A stretch of 64,000 bases of DNA from NCBI GenBank assembly GCA_950097015.1, contig CATNEN010000005.1:3100001-3164000 (forward strand), in the 5' to 3' direction. The notes under the pieces are model-generated. The model saw only the letters and a list, made by a program, of their open reading frames with translations, was not told the DNA's origin and did not search any database. The stretch comes from Macrostomum hystrix (taxonomy: Eukaryota > Animalia > Platyhelminthes). The position numbers and the translations under genes are program-made. Below are positions 37,421 through 47,220 of this stretch, one piece after another. How positions within the stretch are numbered: position 1 is the first letter of the stretch; every line of letters begins with the position of its first letter.

Positions 37421-38046
37421 TTAAAGGGAAGACTTAAACAAGTTCTATATTTTAGAGCTTGGAAATTCTTAGAAAGACAAGGAAAAAAATTATGATGGAT
37501 TAAAGTTGCGCTATAAGGATCTTAAGGTCGAGTGTTTTCAGCATTAGTACTGAATCAAATTTAAAAAAAAATCTTTCCAAATAGAAAAAAACACACAAAA
37601 AGGTGTATATTTTTGATAAAACCTAAATGACGATTTTAAAGACTTTTTAACAAGGTAAGTTTATGCAGCTCGTTGTTATCAGCAAGGAGCAAAAGACTCG
37701 CTGCTTTTAAAAGAAAACAGACACTGCTAGATGTTATCCGATTCAGTTGTTTCGATGGAAATGAAATTAGCAAACAAAATAAAGGAAAGAATAGTAACAA
37801 GGTAAAAATGCACGAGTCTGGAACAAAAAAACTTAAAATGCAGTAGTCAAAACTAAAAAACTTTTTAGGGACGTTCTGCGAATAAATCGAAGGAACGAAA
37901 AATGATATGAGCTATTTTGCATTTTTCGCGAAACTAAATGCTAGGAAATATTCAGGCCTCAATTTTGTTAGTACAACAAAAAATTAAAGCTAAATCTGGC
38001 CGTATCCGGTCGTCAGTTAGCAGACTCTATCATCCAAATTATCATT

Positions 38047-40353
38047 TTAACTGTCCCAGTCCTGTTCGTCCGATTCGTCTAGCTGATTTTCGATTGGCTG
38101 TTTTGATAACATCGTATTTAAAGCCGTATTCAGAGAAGTGAGCCCACTTGGCAATGGGACACTGGGACTTCGGACAGCCGGACTAGCTGAGCTAACGGGT
38201 TCATCCTGGCTTTTAGGTCGAATTCTCTCCATGCGCTGTTTCAATTCATCTTGAAAGCTTCCAGGTGAACTTTTTGAGACGCCTGGACTAGGAGATTGCG
38301 ATCTCGACCCGGGACTCCTGCCAGCTGGAAGTTTTAAACCCGCATTCGGTGGAGGCGGCGGGGGCGGAGGAGGAGGTGGTGGAGCTGGAGGAATAACACC
38401 CTTTACGATTGGAACTTTGGAAACGGATTGCAAACTTTTTGAAGGATTCACACTGGGACTTCGGCTAGACGGACTATCTTCAGCAAAGGATTCATCTGTT
38501 GACGATGGTTCATCTTCCTCACTAGAAGCGACAGCTTGACGAATTTTTTGAAGGCGTTTTCTTAAGTCGTCGTTTATTACTGGAGAACTCGGCGATACGC
38601 CACGCAAATGATTCATCCTGGGGCTTGGGCTAGCCGGACTAGCTGAACTTGTTGGCTTATTATCATCATTAGGTCGAATTCTCTCCATGCGTTGTTTCAA
38701 TTCATCTTGAAAGTTTACTGGTGCACTATTTGAGACACCTGGACTAGGAGATTGCGATCTCGACCCGGGACTCCTGCCAGCGGGAAGTTTTAAACCCGCA
38801 TTCGGTGGAGGCGGCGGCGGCGGAGGAGGAGGAGGTGGTGGAATGGCACATCTTTTCGCGGTGGCTGGACTAGAAGATTGCGATATCGACCCGGGACTTC
38901 TCCCAGCTGGAAGTTTTAGACCCGCAGTCGGCGGAGGAGGACGTGGGGGTGGAGGAGCTGGAGGAATCGCACATTTTTTCGCGGTGGCTTCGGCAGCGGA
39001 CTTCGCACTTATTGCAGAATTAATGCTGGATCTTTGGCCTGGCTGATTAGCTAAAGGAGTACTTGGTGTCGAAGTAGCCAGCGGTGGCGAAGGCAGCCCG
39101 ACTGGATGAATCGGCGACGGTGGCGCTAGGAAGCCTTCTGCGGCAGCAGTCTCGTACAACCGCTTCATGCCGCCGTAGTCATTTATGACTTTTAAAATGT
39201 TCTTAAAGCCATCTTTCGAATATAATGTCCTTTCAACATTGCAACCGTACTTCTCAAGTATGAATCTCAATGCCGGATCTTTTGCTAAGTAATCAGCGTC
39301 TATCATGACATAGACTTGCGAATATTCATTGCCCTTATCCAGGCCATAGCCTAGCTTTCCAACTAACAATCTTAGCGCTGGGTCTTTGGTTATGTCAGCT
39401 TCGTGTATTGCGCCAGATCTTCCAGGTGCTTCGCTGATGCCCATGTGCATGACGTGTCGAAAATCAGTTGGTCCGCTGATCTCTGGTCGGGCCTTTCTCT
39501 TATCTTGCTTTTCCTTTTTATCTCTCTTTTTTGTTGTTCCGGCGCCATCCGCCCCGCCATCTTTGTCATCCTTGCTGTGACTGGGCTTTTTTCGACGAAA
39601 GAATGCTCGGAATCGCTTACCGGGATGTTTATTCTTTTCTGCGTTGGCATCAACGTCTGCTCGCGTCTGCGGTCTGCTATCCGTTGAGCTGCTGCTAGCC
39701 TTATATGTTTTCGACTGCTGAAAAGAGCATTGCACAGAGTCTTGAACAGATGCTGCCGGCGCAAAATAAGATTCAGGTTCCTCTGGTCTGAGAACCAGCA
39801 GGTCAATTTTGGATTGGACAACTTCAGCGAATTCGATCGCTTCCGCGTGACCTATCTCGCTGCAAACAAAACTCAAGCCAATGATCTGTTCATCGGCTTC
39901 AAACTGGTGAAACAGCGGATCTCCTGTATCATACACCATGCCTTGGTAGATCTCTTGCTCAACAATTAGCCGACCCAAGTTAAGGTCGTAAAAGCGTAAG
40001 AAAAAAGTGCGAAAATAGGTATCGCAAATAAAACAAGCAGCGACGGGACTGCAACAGTGCTTGATCCACTTTCCATTGGCAGCGAAATACAACTCAACCA
40101 CCGTTGTGGCTAAACTGTTGCAGCCAGGCTCGAACATGTTAAATAGCACTTCATGCTCATTGTCTGTTAATAGACGACTGCGTCGATTAGTCGTGTCGGA
40201 GTCGGAGTCGGAGTCGGAGTCGGAATCTGAGTCCCGCCTCGCAATCGGCACAATGGAGTTCGACCAGAACTCTATAGGGATCTCTGACTGCTGTGGTGCC
40301 TGTGGACAATGGACAAAATAAGACTTTGAAGTTTTCTTAAACAAGCTCATCAT
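38047..40353 (-). CDS. Divergent intronless WASP-like protein 1 (768 aa)
   Basis: WH1 (SLATTVVELY..W..FFLRFYD..VEQEIY..LFHQFEAD), basic stretch, CRIB ISGPTDFRHVMHMG, polyproline blocks, C-terminal LTSLNTALNTMLSK..DESDEQDWDS. Confidence 0.9.
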   Translation of the reverse strand: MMSLFKKTSKSYFVHCPQAPQQSEIPIEFWSNSIVPIARRDSDSDSDSDSDSDTTNRRSRLLTDNEHEVLFNMFEPGCNSLATTVVELYFAANGKWIKHCCSPVAACFICDTYFRTFFLRFYDLNLGRLIVEQEIYQGMVYDTGDPLFHQFEADEQIIGLSFVCSEIGHAEAIEFAEVVQSKIDLLVLRPEEPESYFAPAASVQDSVQCSFQQSKTYKASSSSTDSRPQTRADVDANAEKNKHPGKRFRAFFRRKKPSHSKDDKDGGADGAGTTKKRDKKEKQDKRKARPEISGPTDFRHVMHMGISEAPGRSGAIHEADITKDPALRLLVGKLGYGLDKGNEYSQVYVMIDADYLAKDPALRFILEKYGCNVERTLYSKDGFKNILKVINDYGGMKRLYETAAAEGFLAPPSPIHPVGLPSPPLATSTPSTPLANQPGQRSSINSAISAKSAAEATAKKCAIPPAPPPPRPPPPTAGLKLPAGRSPGSISQSSSPATAKRCAIPPPPPPPPPPPPPNAGLKLPAGRSPGSRSQSPSPGVSNSAPVNFQDELKQRMERIRPNDDNKPTSSASPASPSPRMNHLRGVSPSSPVINDDLRKRLQKIRQAVASSEEDEPSSTDESFAEDSPSSRSPSVNPSKSLQSVSKVPIVKGVIPPAPPPPPPPPPPPPNAGLKLPAGRSPGSRSQSPSPGVSKSSPGSFQDELKQRMERIRPKSQDEPVSSASPAVRSPSVPLPSGLTSLNTALNTMLSKQPIENQLDESDEQDWDS

Positions 40354-41465
40354 TCAAAGTTCTTTCTTAATTCTAGCCTATTACAGCCAGCTATTAAGCA
40401 GTTGAGAGATGGAAGAGGCACGTAGAAAGATTAGCACACAGCAAATTAGAATAAAGAAGGCAAATAAGAAAACACAACTAGACAGCCAAAAGAAATCAAG
40501 CAAGATGGTGGGCTTGGCAGGGAATAGCAATAACTTCTGCATGGAATAGTTAGCGATATTACAGGGAAAGCGATTGATTCTTCAGGAAATAGCAAGCGAT
40601 TCTTCAGGAAAAAGCGAGTGATTCTTCAGGGAAAAGCGAGTGATTCTTTAGGGAAAAGCGAGAGATTCTTCAGGTAATGGCAATATATTATTTAGGGAAT
40701 AACAGGCGGTTTTTCAGCAAAAAGCAAGCGATTTTTAAGGGAAGAAAGGAAAGCTCCTTGTTTTGAAAACAGAACAAAACTGGTTCCGTAAGGTCGATAT
40801 TTATTAGCATTATTTCGAAATTAAAAAAACGCAAAAATCTTTTTAAAAAGAGAAAAATAAACAAACATTTGTATATTTTCAATACAACTTAAATTACGAT
40901 TATAAAGACTTTTTAACAAGGTTGGTTTATGCAGCTCGTTGTTATCAGCAAGAAGCAAAAGACTCGCTGCTTTTAAATGAAAACAGACACTGCTAGATGT
41001 TATCCGATTCAGTTGTTTCGATGGAAATGAAATTAGCAAACAAATTTTAGGAAAGAAAAGTAAAAACATAAAAATGCAAGAGTCTGAAACAAAAGCTAAA
41101 ATAAATTAGTCAAAACAAAAAGTGTAACTTTTTCATTGCTAAAGACGTTAAAAGGACAAATAAAAGAAATAAAAAAAATAAATTTTGATTTTTTTTAAAC
41201 TAAATGCTAGGAAATATTCGGGCTTCCGTTTTTTGTTAGTACAACATAAAACAAAGACGAATCTGGCCGTATCCGGTCGTCAGTTTGCAGACTCTATCAT
41301 CCAAATTATCAGTTTAACTGTCCCAGTCCTGTTCGTCCGATTCGTCTAGCTGATTTTTATTGGCTGCTTTGAAAACATCGTATTTAAGGCCGAATTCAGA
41401 GAAGTGAGCCCACTTGGCAATGGGACACTGGGACTTCGGACAGCCGGACTAGCTGAGCTAACGGG

Positions 41466-44360
41466 TTAATCCTCGTCTTTAGGTCGAAATCTCTCCATGC
41501 GTTGCTTTAATTCATCTTGAAAGTTTACTGGTGCACTTTTTGAGACGCCTGGACTAGGAGATTGCGATCTCGACCCGGGACTCCTACCAGCTGGAAGTTT
41601 TAAACCCGCATTCGGTGGAGGCGGCGGGGGCGGAGGAGGAGGTGGTGGAGCTGGAGGAATAACACCCTTTACGATTGGAACTTTGGAAAAAGATTGAGCA
41701 TTTGGCAATGGGCTCACACTGGAACTTTGGACAGTCGGACTAGCTGAGCTAACGAGTTCATCCTGACCTTTAGGTCGAATTCTCTCCATCCGTTGTTTCA
41801 ATTCATCTTGAAAGTTTACTGGTGCACTTTTTGAGACGCCTGGACTAGGAGATTGCGATCTCGACCCGGGACTCCTGCCAGCTGGAAGTTTTAAACCCGC
41901 ATTCGGTGGAGGCGGCGGGGGCGGAGGAGGAGGTGGTGGAGCTGGAGGAAAAACACCCTTTACGATTGGAACTTTGGAAAAAGATTGAGCATTTGGCAAT
42001 GGGCTCACACTGGAACTTTGGACAGTCGGACTCGCTGAGCTAACGGGTTCATCCTGGCCTTTAGGTCGAATTCTCTCCATGCGTTGTTTCAATTCATCTT
42101 GAAAGTTTACTGGTGCACTTTTAGAGACGCCTGGACTAGGAGATTGCGATCTCGACCCGGGACTCCTGCCAGCTGGAAGTTTTAAACCCGCATTCGGTGG
42201 AGGCGGCGGTGGAGGAGGAGGTGGTGGAGCTGGAGGAATAACACCCTTTACGATTGGAACTTTGGAAAAAGATTGAGCATTTGGCAATGGGCTCACACTG
42301 GAACTTTGGACAGTCGGACTCGCTGAGCTAACGGGTTCATCCTGGCCTTTAGGTCGAATTCTCTCCATGCGTTGTTTCAATTCATCTTGAAAGTTTACTG
42401 GTGCACTTTTTGAGACGCCTGGACTAGGAGATTGCGATCTCGACCCGGGACTCCTGCCAGCTGGAAGTTTTAAACCCGCATTCGGCGGAGGCGGCGGTGG
42501 AGGAGGAGGTGGTGGAGCTGGAGGAATAACACCCTTTACGATTGGAACTTTGGAAAAAGATTGAGCATTTGGCAATGGGCTCACACTGGAACTTTGGACA
42601 GTCGGACTAGCTGAGCTAACGCCTTCATCCTCGTCTTTAGGTCGAATTCTCTCCATGCGTTGTTTCAATTCATCTTGAAAGTTTACTGGTGCACTTTTTG
42701 AGACGCCTGGACTAGGAGATTGCGATCTCGACCCGGGACTCCTGCCAGCTGGAAGTTTTAAACCCGCATTCGGTGGAGGAGGAGGAGGGGGTGGAGGAGC
42801 TGGGGGAATCGCACATTTTTTCGCAGTGGCTTCGGCAGCGGACTTCGCACTTAGCGCAGAATTTATGCCGGGTCCTTGGCCTGGCGGATTAGCTAAAGGA
42901 GTACTTGGTATATACTCGACGCTAGATTCATCTTGAAAGTATTCTGCTGAATCATTCAAGCCAATTGGAGAAAAAGATTTCTCCACCGGACTCACTCTAC
43001 TCTGCTTCTGGCTGTCGACATTGATGAGCATAATAGGTGTTCTTGGTTCAGATGAATCCATAACTTTTCTCGGTGTCGAAGTAGCCAGCGGTGGCGAAGG
43101 CAGCCCGACTGGATGAATCGGCGACGGTGGCGCTAGGAAGCCTTCTGCGGCAGCAGTCTCGTACAACCGCTTCATGCCGCCGTAGGCATTTATGACTTTT
43201 GAAATGTTCTTAAAGCCATCTTTCGAATATAATGTCCTTTCAACATTGCAACCGTACTTCTCAAGTATGAATCTCAATGCCGGATCTTTTGCTAAGTAAT
43301 CAGCGTCTATCATGACATAGCCTTGCGTATATTCATTGCCCCTATCCAGGCCATAGCCTAGCTTTCCAACTAACAATCTTAGCGCTGGGTCTTTGGTTAT
43401 GTCAGCTTCGTGTATTGCGCCAGATCTTCCAGGTGCTTCGCTGATGCCCATGTGCATGACGTGTCGAAAATCAGTTGGTCCGCTGATCTCTGGTCGGGCC
43501 TTTCTCTTATCTTGCTTTTCCTTTTTATCTCTCTTTTTTGTTGTTCCGGCGCCATCCGCCCCGCCATCTTTGTCATCCTTGCTGTGACTGGGCTTTTTTC
43601 GACGAAAGAATGCTCGGAATCGCTTACCGGGATGTTTATTCTTTTCTGCGTTGGCATCAACGTCTGCTCGCGTCTGCGGTCTGCTATCCGTTGAGCTGCT
43701 GCTAGCCTTATATGTTTTCGACTGCTGAAAAGAGCATTGCACAGAGTCTTGAACAGATGCTGCCGGCGCAAAATAAGATTCAGGTTCCTCTGGTCTGAGA
43801 ACCAGCAGGTCAATTTTGGATTGGACAACTTCAGCGAATTCGATCGCTTCCGCGTGACCTATCTCGCTGCAAACAAAACTCAAGCCAATGATCTGTTCAT
43901 CGGCTTCAAACTGGTGAAACAGCGGATCTCCTGTATCATACACCATGCCTTGGTAGATCTCTTGCTCAACAATTAGCCGACCCAAGTTAAGGTCGTAAAA
44001 GCGTAAGAAAAAAGTGCGAAAATAGGTATCGCAAATAAAACAAGCAGCGACGGGACTGCAACAGTGCTTGATCCACTTTCCATTGGCAGCGAAATACAAC
44101 TCAACCACCGTTGTGGCTAAACTGTTGCAGCCAGGCTCGAACATGTTAAATAGCACTTCATGCTCATTGTCTGTTAATAGACGACTGTGTCGAATAGTCG
44201 TGTCGGAGTCGGAGTCGGAGTCGGAGTCGGAATCTGAGTCCCGCCTCGCAATCGGCACAATGGAGTTCGACCAGAACTCTATAGGGATCTCTGACTGCTG
44301 TGGTGCCTGTGGACAATGGACAAAATAAGACTTTGAAGTTTTCTTAAACAAGCTCATCAT
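41466..44360 (-). CDS. Divergent intronless WASP-like protein 2 (964 aa) with five ~96-aa repeats, truncated before the CA tail
   Basis: First ~430 aa almost identical to 38047-40353 (offset 4007 bp); five copies of the polyPro..FQDELKQRMERIRP module; GAA>TAA stop at 41466-68. Confidence 0.85.
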   Translation of the reverse strand: MMSLFKKTSKSYFVHCPQAPQQSEIPIEFWSNSIVPIARRDSDSDSDSDSDSDTTIRHSRLLTDNEHEVLFNMFEPGCNSLATTVVELYFAANGKWIKHCCSPVAACFICDTYFRTFFLRFYDLNLGRLIVEQEIYQGMVYDTGDPLFHQFEADEQIIGLSFVCSEIGHAEAIEFAEVVQSKIDLLVLRPEEPESYFAPAASVQDSVQCSFQQSKTYKASSSSTDSRPQTRADVDANAEKNKHPGKRFRAFFRRKKPSHSKDDKDGGADGAGTTKKRDKKEKQDKRKARPEISGPTDFRHVMHMGISEAPGRSGAIHEADITKDPALRLLVGKLGYGLDRGNEYTQGYVMIDADYLAKDPALRFILEKYGCNVERTLYSKDGFKNISKVINAYGGMKRLYETAAAEGFLAPPSPIHPVGLPSPPLATSTPRKVMDSSEPRTPIMLINVDSQKQSRVSPVEKSFSPIGLNDSAEYFQDESSVEYIPSTPLANPPGQGPGINSALSAKSAAEATAKKCAIPPAPPPPPPPPPNAGLKLPAGRSPGSRSQSPSPGVSKSAPVNFQDELKQRMERIRPKDEDEGVSSASPTVQSSSVSPLPNAQSFSKVPIVKGVIPPAPPPPPPPPPPPNAGLKLPAGRSPGSRSQSPSPGVSKSAPVNFQDELKQRMERIRPKGQDEPVSSASPTVQSSSVSPLPNAQSFSKVPIVKGVIPPAPPPPPPPPPPPNAGLKLPAGRSPGSRSQSPSPGVSKSAPVNFQDELKQRMERIRPKGQDEPVSSASPTVQSSSVSPLPNAQSFSKVPIVKGVFPPAPPPPPPPPPPPPNAGLKLPAGRSPGSRSQSPSPGVSKSAPVNFQDELKQRMERIRPKGQDELVSSASPTVQSSSVSPLPNAQSFSKVPIVKGVIPPAPPPPPPPPPPPPNAGLKLPAGRSPGSRSQSPSPGVSKSAPVNFQDELKQRMERFRPKDED

Positions 44361-45435
44361 TCAAAGTTCTTTCTTAATTCTAGCCTATTACAGACAGCTA
44401 TTAAGCAGTTGAGAGATGGAAGAGGCACGTAGAAAGATTAGCACACAGCAAATCAGAATCAAGTAACCAGACAGTGCTTAACAAATTGAAGCAAGTTGGG
44501 CTTAGCAGACAGAATGGGCGAGTCAGAGACAGTGAAAGAAATGCTAAAGCGGAACAATATAAAATAATAAGAGGAAACAAGACATGCTTTTTAATCATAT
44601 AAAAGATATAATAGGCTTGTATAATTTTTGTTTATCCTGAAAATTGATCATGCTTATCGCATTAAAAACTTGCTTGAGCAAAGCGCACTTCTAATAAAAG
44701 TTAATAAAAAGAAGACACTTAAGCAACGAATTGTTTTTTTTAAACGAACAACTCGAAAAAAAACTTCATTACGTAACTCCAAAACAATCCTTTAAGGTCC
44801 TAATAGACAAAGGATAATCTGTCAAGGGATAATAACAAATACTCGTATATATTGCACAATAGTTAAATTATTATGGTCAATCGTTGGGTCCAGGAATTTT
44901 TAGCTGGGCACTTAAAAGTTAAAATCTGAAACATAAAATATGGAGCCCAGCTGATTGGCAGTCAGATGTCACGGCTAATACCTCATAATGACATGCACTC
45001 ATGCTATATGGCTATAAAGGGCTATTTTAGCTCCTCAAAACCGCCATGAACTAACAGTGTAGAAAGATGCAATGATAAACCGATCGACAAGATTACGATG
45101 ACAGGGGTCAGTTGAGGGTGGACTCTGGGGTAGGAAAGTAGATGTACATTTAACCAATGTACATAGCCCTCATCCTCATCCTTATCTAGTTTCATAGGGC
45201 GCCGAACTTGACAAACCGGTGCTAGTTTAAAAAACAATTAGTCAATTTCGAATTTCAAATCAAGCCAAAACTAATAATCATCCATCCAATTACTCAATAC
45301 GGTTGATTAATTAATTTTTTTCAACACAAAACGATGACAGCGACATGGCTAATAAAGACTTTGTTGTCACTTGAATTTTAACTCGCTAACAAGTCTTGCG
45401 CAACCAAAAAAGTGTTAACTCGAATGTTGTAGCAA

Positions 45436-46407
45436 TTAAAACTTGCTGCCCATAACAGCCAGAAAGAATTTCGGCACCTTGATAAAACCCGGCACAAAAC
45501 GTGCCAGAGTAATTAAGCCAGCCTGCTCTAGAAGGTATCGCACGGAGCGCAAGCTCTGCACATGACGATCACCGGCGTCGCGCAGACCGTATTCGTCGCC
45601 AAGATCGCCAGTGAGCAGTACTCGACCAGTTTTGTCATTCAACAGACTTTTGCTAGGAGAGCTAGCCAGGGCGGCGATGGCTTTACCGGCGAATTCCACA
45701 GTTTCGCCCTGTTCAAACATTCGACGCTGCTTAGGCGGCATTCGGGCCAGATTGGTCATGATCTCTTCGGTCTGTACAGCGCCAGGCCAGACGCTGACAG
45801 CGGCAACGCCGCGCGATTTTAATTCGACAGCCATATCGCCAGCCATTCGATCTAGAGCGGCTTTGCCAACACCGTAGGGAACGTTAAATAAGTAGCGCAG
45901 ACCGCCAGGAGACGACAGGTTAACAATCAGGCCACTGCCGCGCTCGATCATCATGCGAGCAGCGTACACGGAGCAGATGTAGTGATTGCGCAAGCCAACA
46001 TTATTCACTTCGTCCCAGGCGGAGACGTCCAATTCCCAGAACTTCTTTCCCATAGATTCTGAGATTAAGCGGACAGCGGAATAGGCGTTGTTAACGAGCA
46101 CATCTAGGCGGCCATTCTGCTCTCGTTGGATCTGCTCAAATAGTCGTTTAACATCGTCGTCCTTCTTGTGATCGCACTGTACTCCGATAGCCCGACCGCC
46201 GCGTGCTTCAATCTCGGCTATGGTCTCTTTGATGCTGCCGCCGACTCCACCGCTACCCGGCGTTGGCTCCATTGTCCGACCAGTGATGTACACGGTGGCT
46301 CCGGCTTCGCCTAGCTGCAGGGCGATGCCCTTGCCGATACCGCGCGTGGCTCCGGTGACCAGGCAGATAAGGCCTGTCAGGGGAAGTTGCTTGGCAGCTA
46401 CCTTAGC
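45436..46407 (-). CDS. DHRS1: DHRS1-like short-chain dehydrogenase (paralog A); no ATG in the exon
   Basis: Open frame from the acceptor at 46407: AKVAAKQLPLTGLICLVTGATRGIGKGIALQLGEAGATVYITGR..LDVLVNNA..FNVPYGVGK..SVWPGAVQTE; start codon unresolved. Confidence 0.9.
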   Translation of the reverse strand, partial: AKVAAKQLPLTGLICLVTGATRGIGKGIALQLGEAGATVYITGRTMEPTPGSGGVGGSIKETIAEIEARGGRAIGVQCDHKKDDDVKRLFEQIQREQNGRLDVLVNNAYSAVRLISESMGKKFWELDVSAWDEVNNVGLRNHYICSVYAARMMIERGSGLIVNLSSPGGLRYLFNVPYGVGKAALDRMAGDMAVELKSRGVAAVSVWPGAVQTEEIMTNLARMPPKQRRMFEQGETVEFAGKAIAALASSPSKSLLNDKTGRVLLTGDLGDEYGLRDAGDRHVQSLRSVRYLLEQAGLITLARFVPGFIKVPKFFLAVMGSKF

Positions 46408-46494
46408 CTGGAATAGGCGATGTGTTCAATATTGTGAAGTAGGATTCTTCGGATTGCTTTGTCAGTTTCAAGGGCATTCGAATATTGGGCAACA

Positions 46495-46832
46495 ACGGGA
46501 TTAACCAGCTTCTAGGGCATTGGAATACTGGGAAACAATGGGATTAACTAGTTTACAGGGCATTGGAATATTGAGAAATAATGAGATCACCAGTTCACAG
46601 GACAGTGGCATATTGGGAAACAATGAGATCACCAGTTTACAGGACATTGGCATGTTGAGAAACAATGACATCACCAGTTTACAGGACAGTGGCATATTGG
46701 GAAATAATGAGATCACCAGTTTACAGGACATTGGCATGTTGAGAAACAATGACATCACCAGTTTACAGGACAGTGGCATATTGGGAAATAATGAGATCAC
46801 CAGTTTACAGGACAGTGGCATGTTGGGAAAAC
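46495..46832. repeat. Minisatellite, 42-bp unit
   Basis: TTGGGAAACAATGAGATCACCAGTTTACAGGACAGTGGCATA-type tandem array. Confidence 0.9.
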
Positions 46833-47220
46833 TAAGCTAACCTCAGTTTCTACGGGATCGGAATTTCGAGAAATAGTTTCAAGTCCTAATTCGATTTGGT
46901 AGACCACACTTATATAGGATTATAAAGCAGAAAGCAAAAAAGTAACAAAAACAACAAGAAACTACACTTTGACTTGTAAACAACTCGTCTTTAGTAGAAA
47001 TCAAAACAGAAATAGTTTCAGTTCTCAGCGTCAAGTTATTATGGTAGGAAAAAGGTAAATTATGTCAAATGATTAACTGCAAACAAGAACATAGGCACAC
47101 AGTTTAAAGTCAATAGAACTCAAAACAATCAGTTTATTACCGGACTATTAAATGGCAAAAATTATCATAAGATTCATCTTTATCTTCATGAAAATATGCA
47201 TTAAATAAATTCTAGTATTA

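Noticed and set aside
41466-42900. Homology of the WASP-like 2 repeats to bacterial EspFU/TccP repeats
   Set aside because: Only an architectural analogy (helix plus polyproline repeats); no sequence similarity visible
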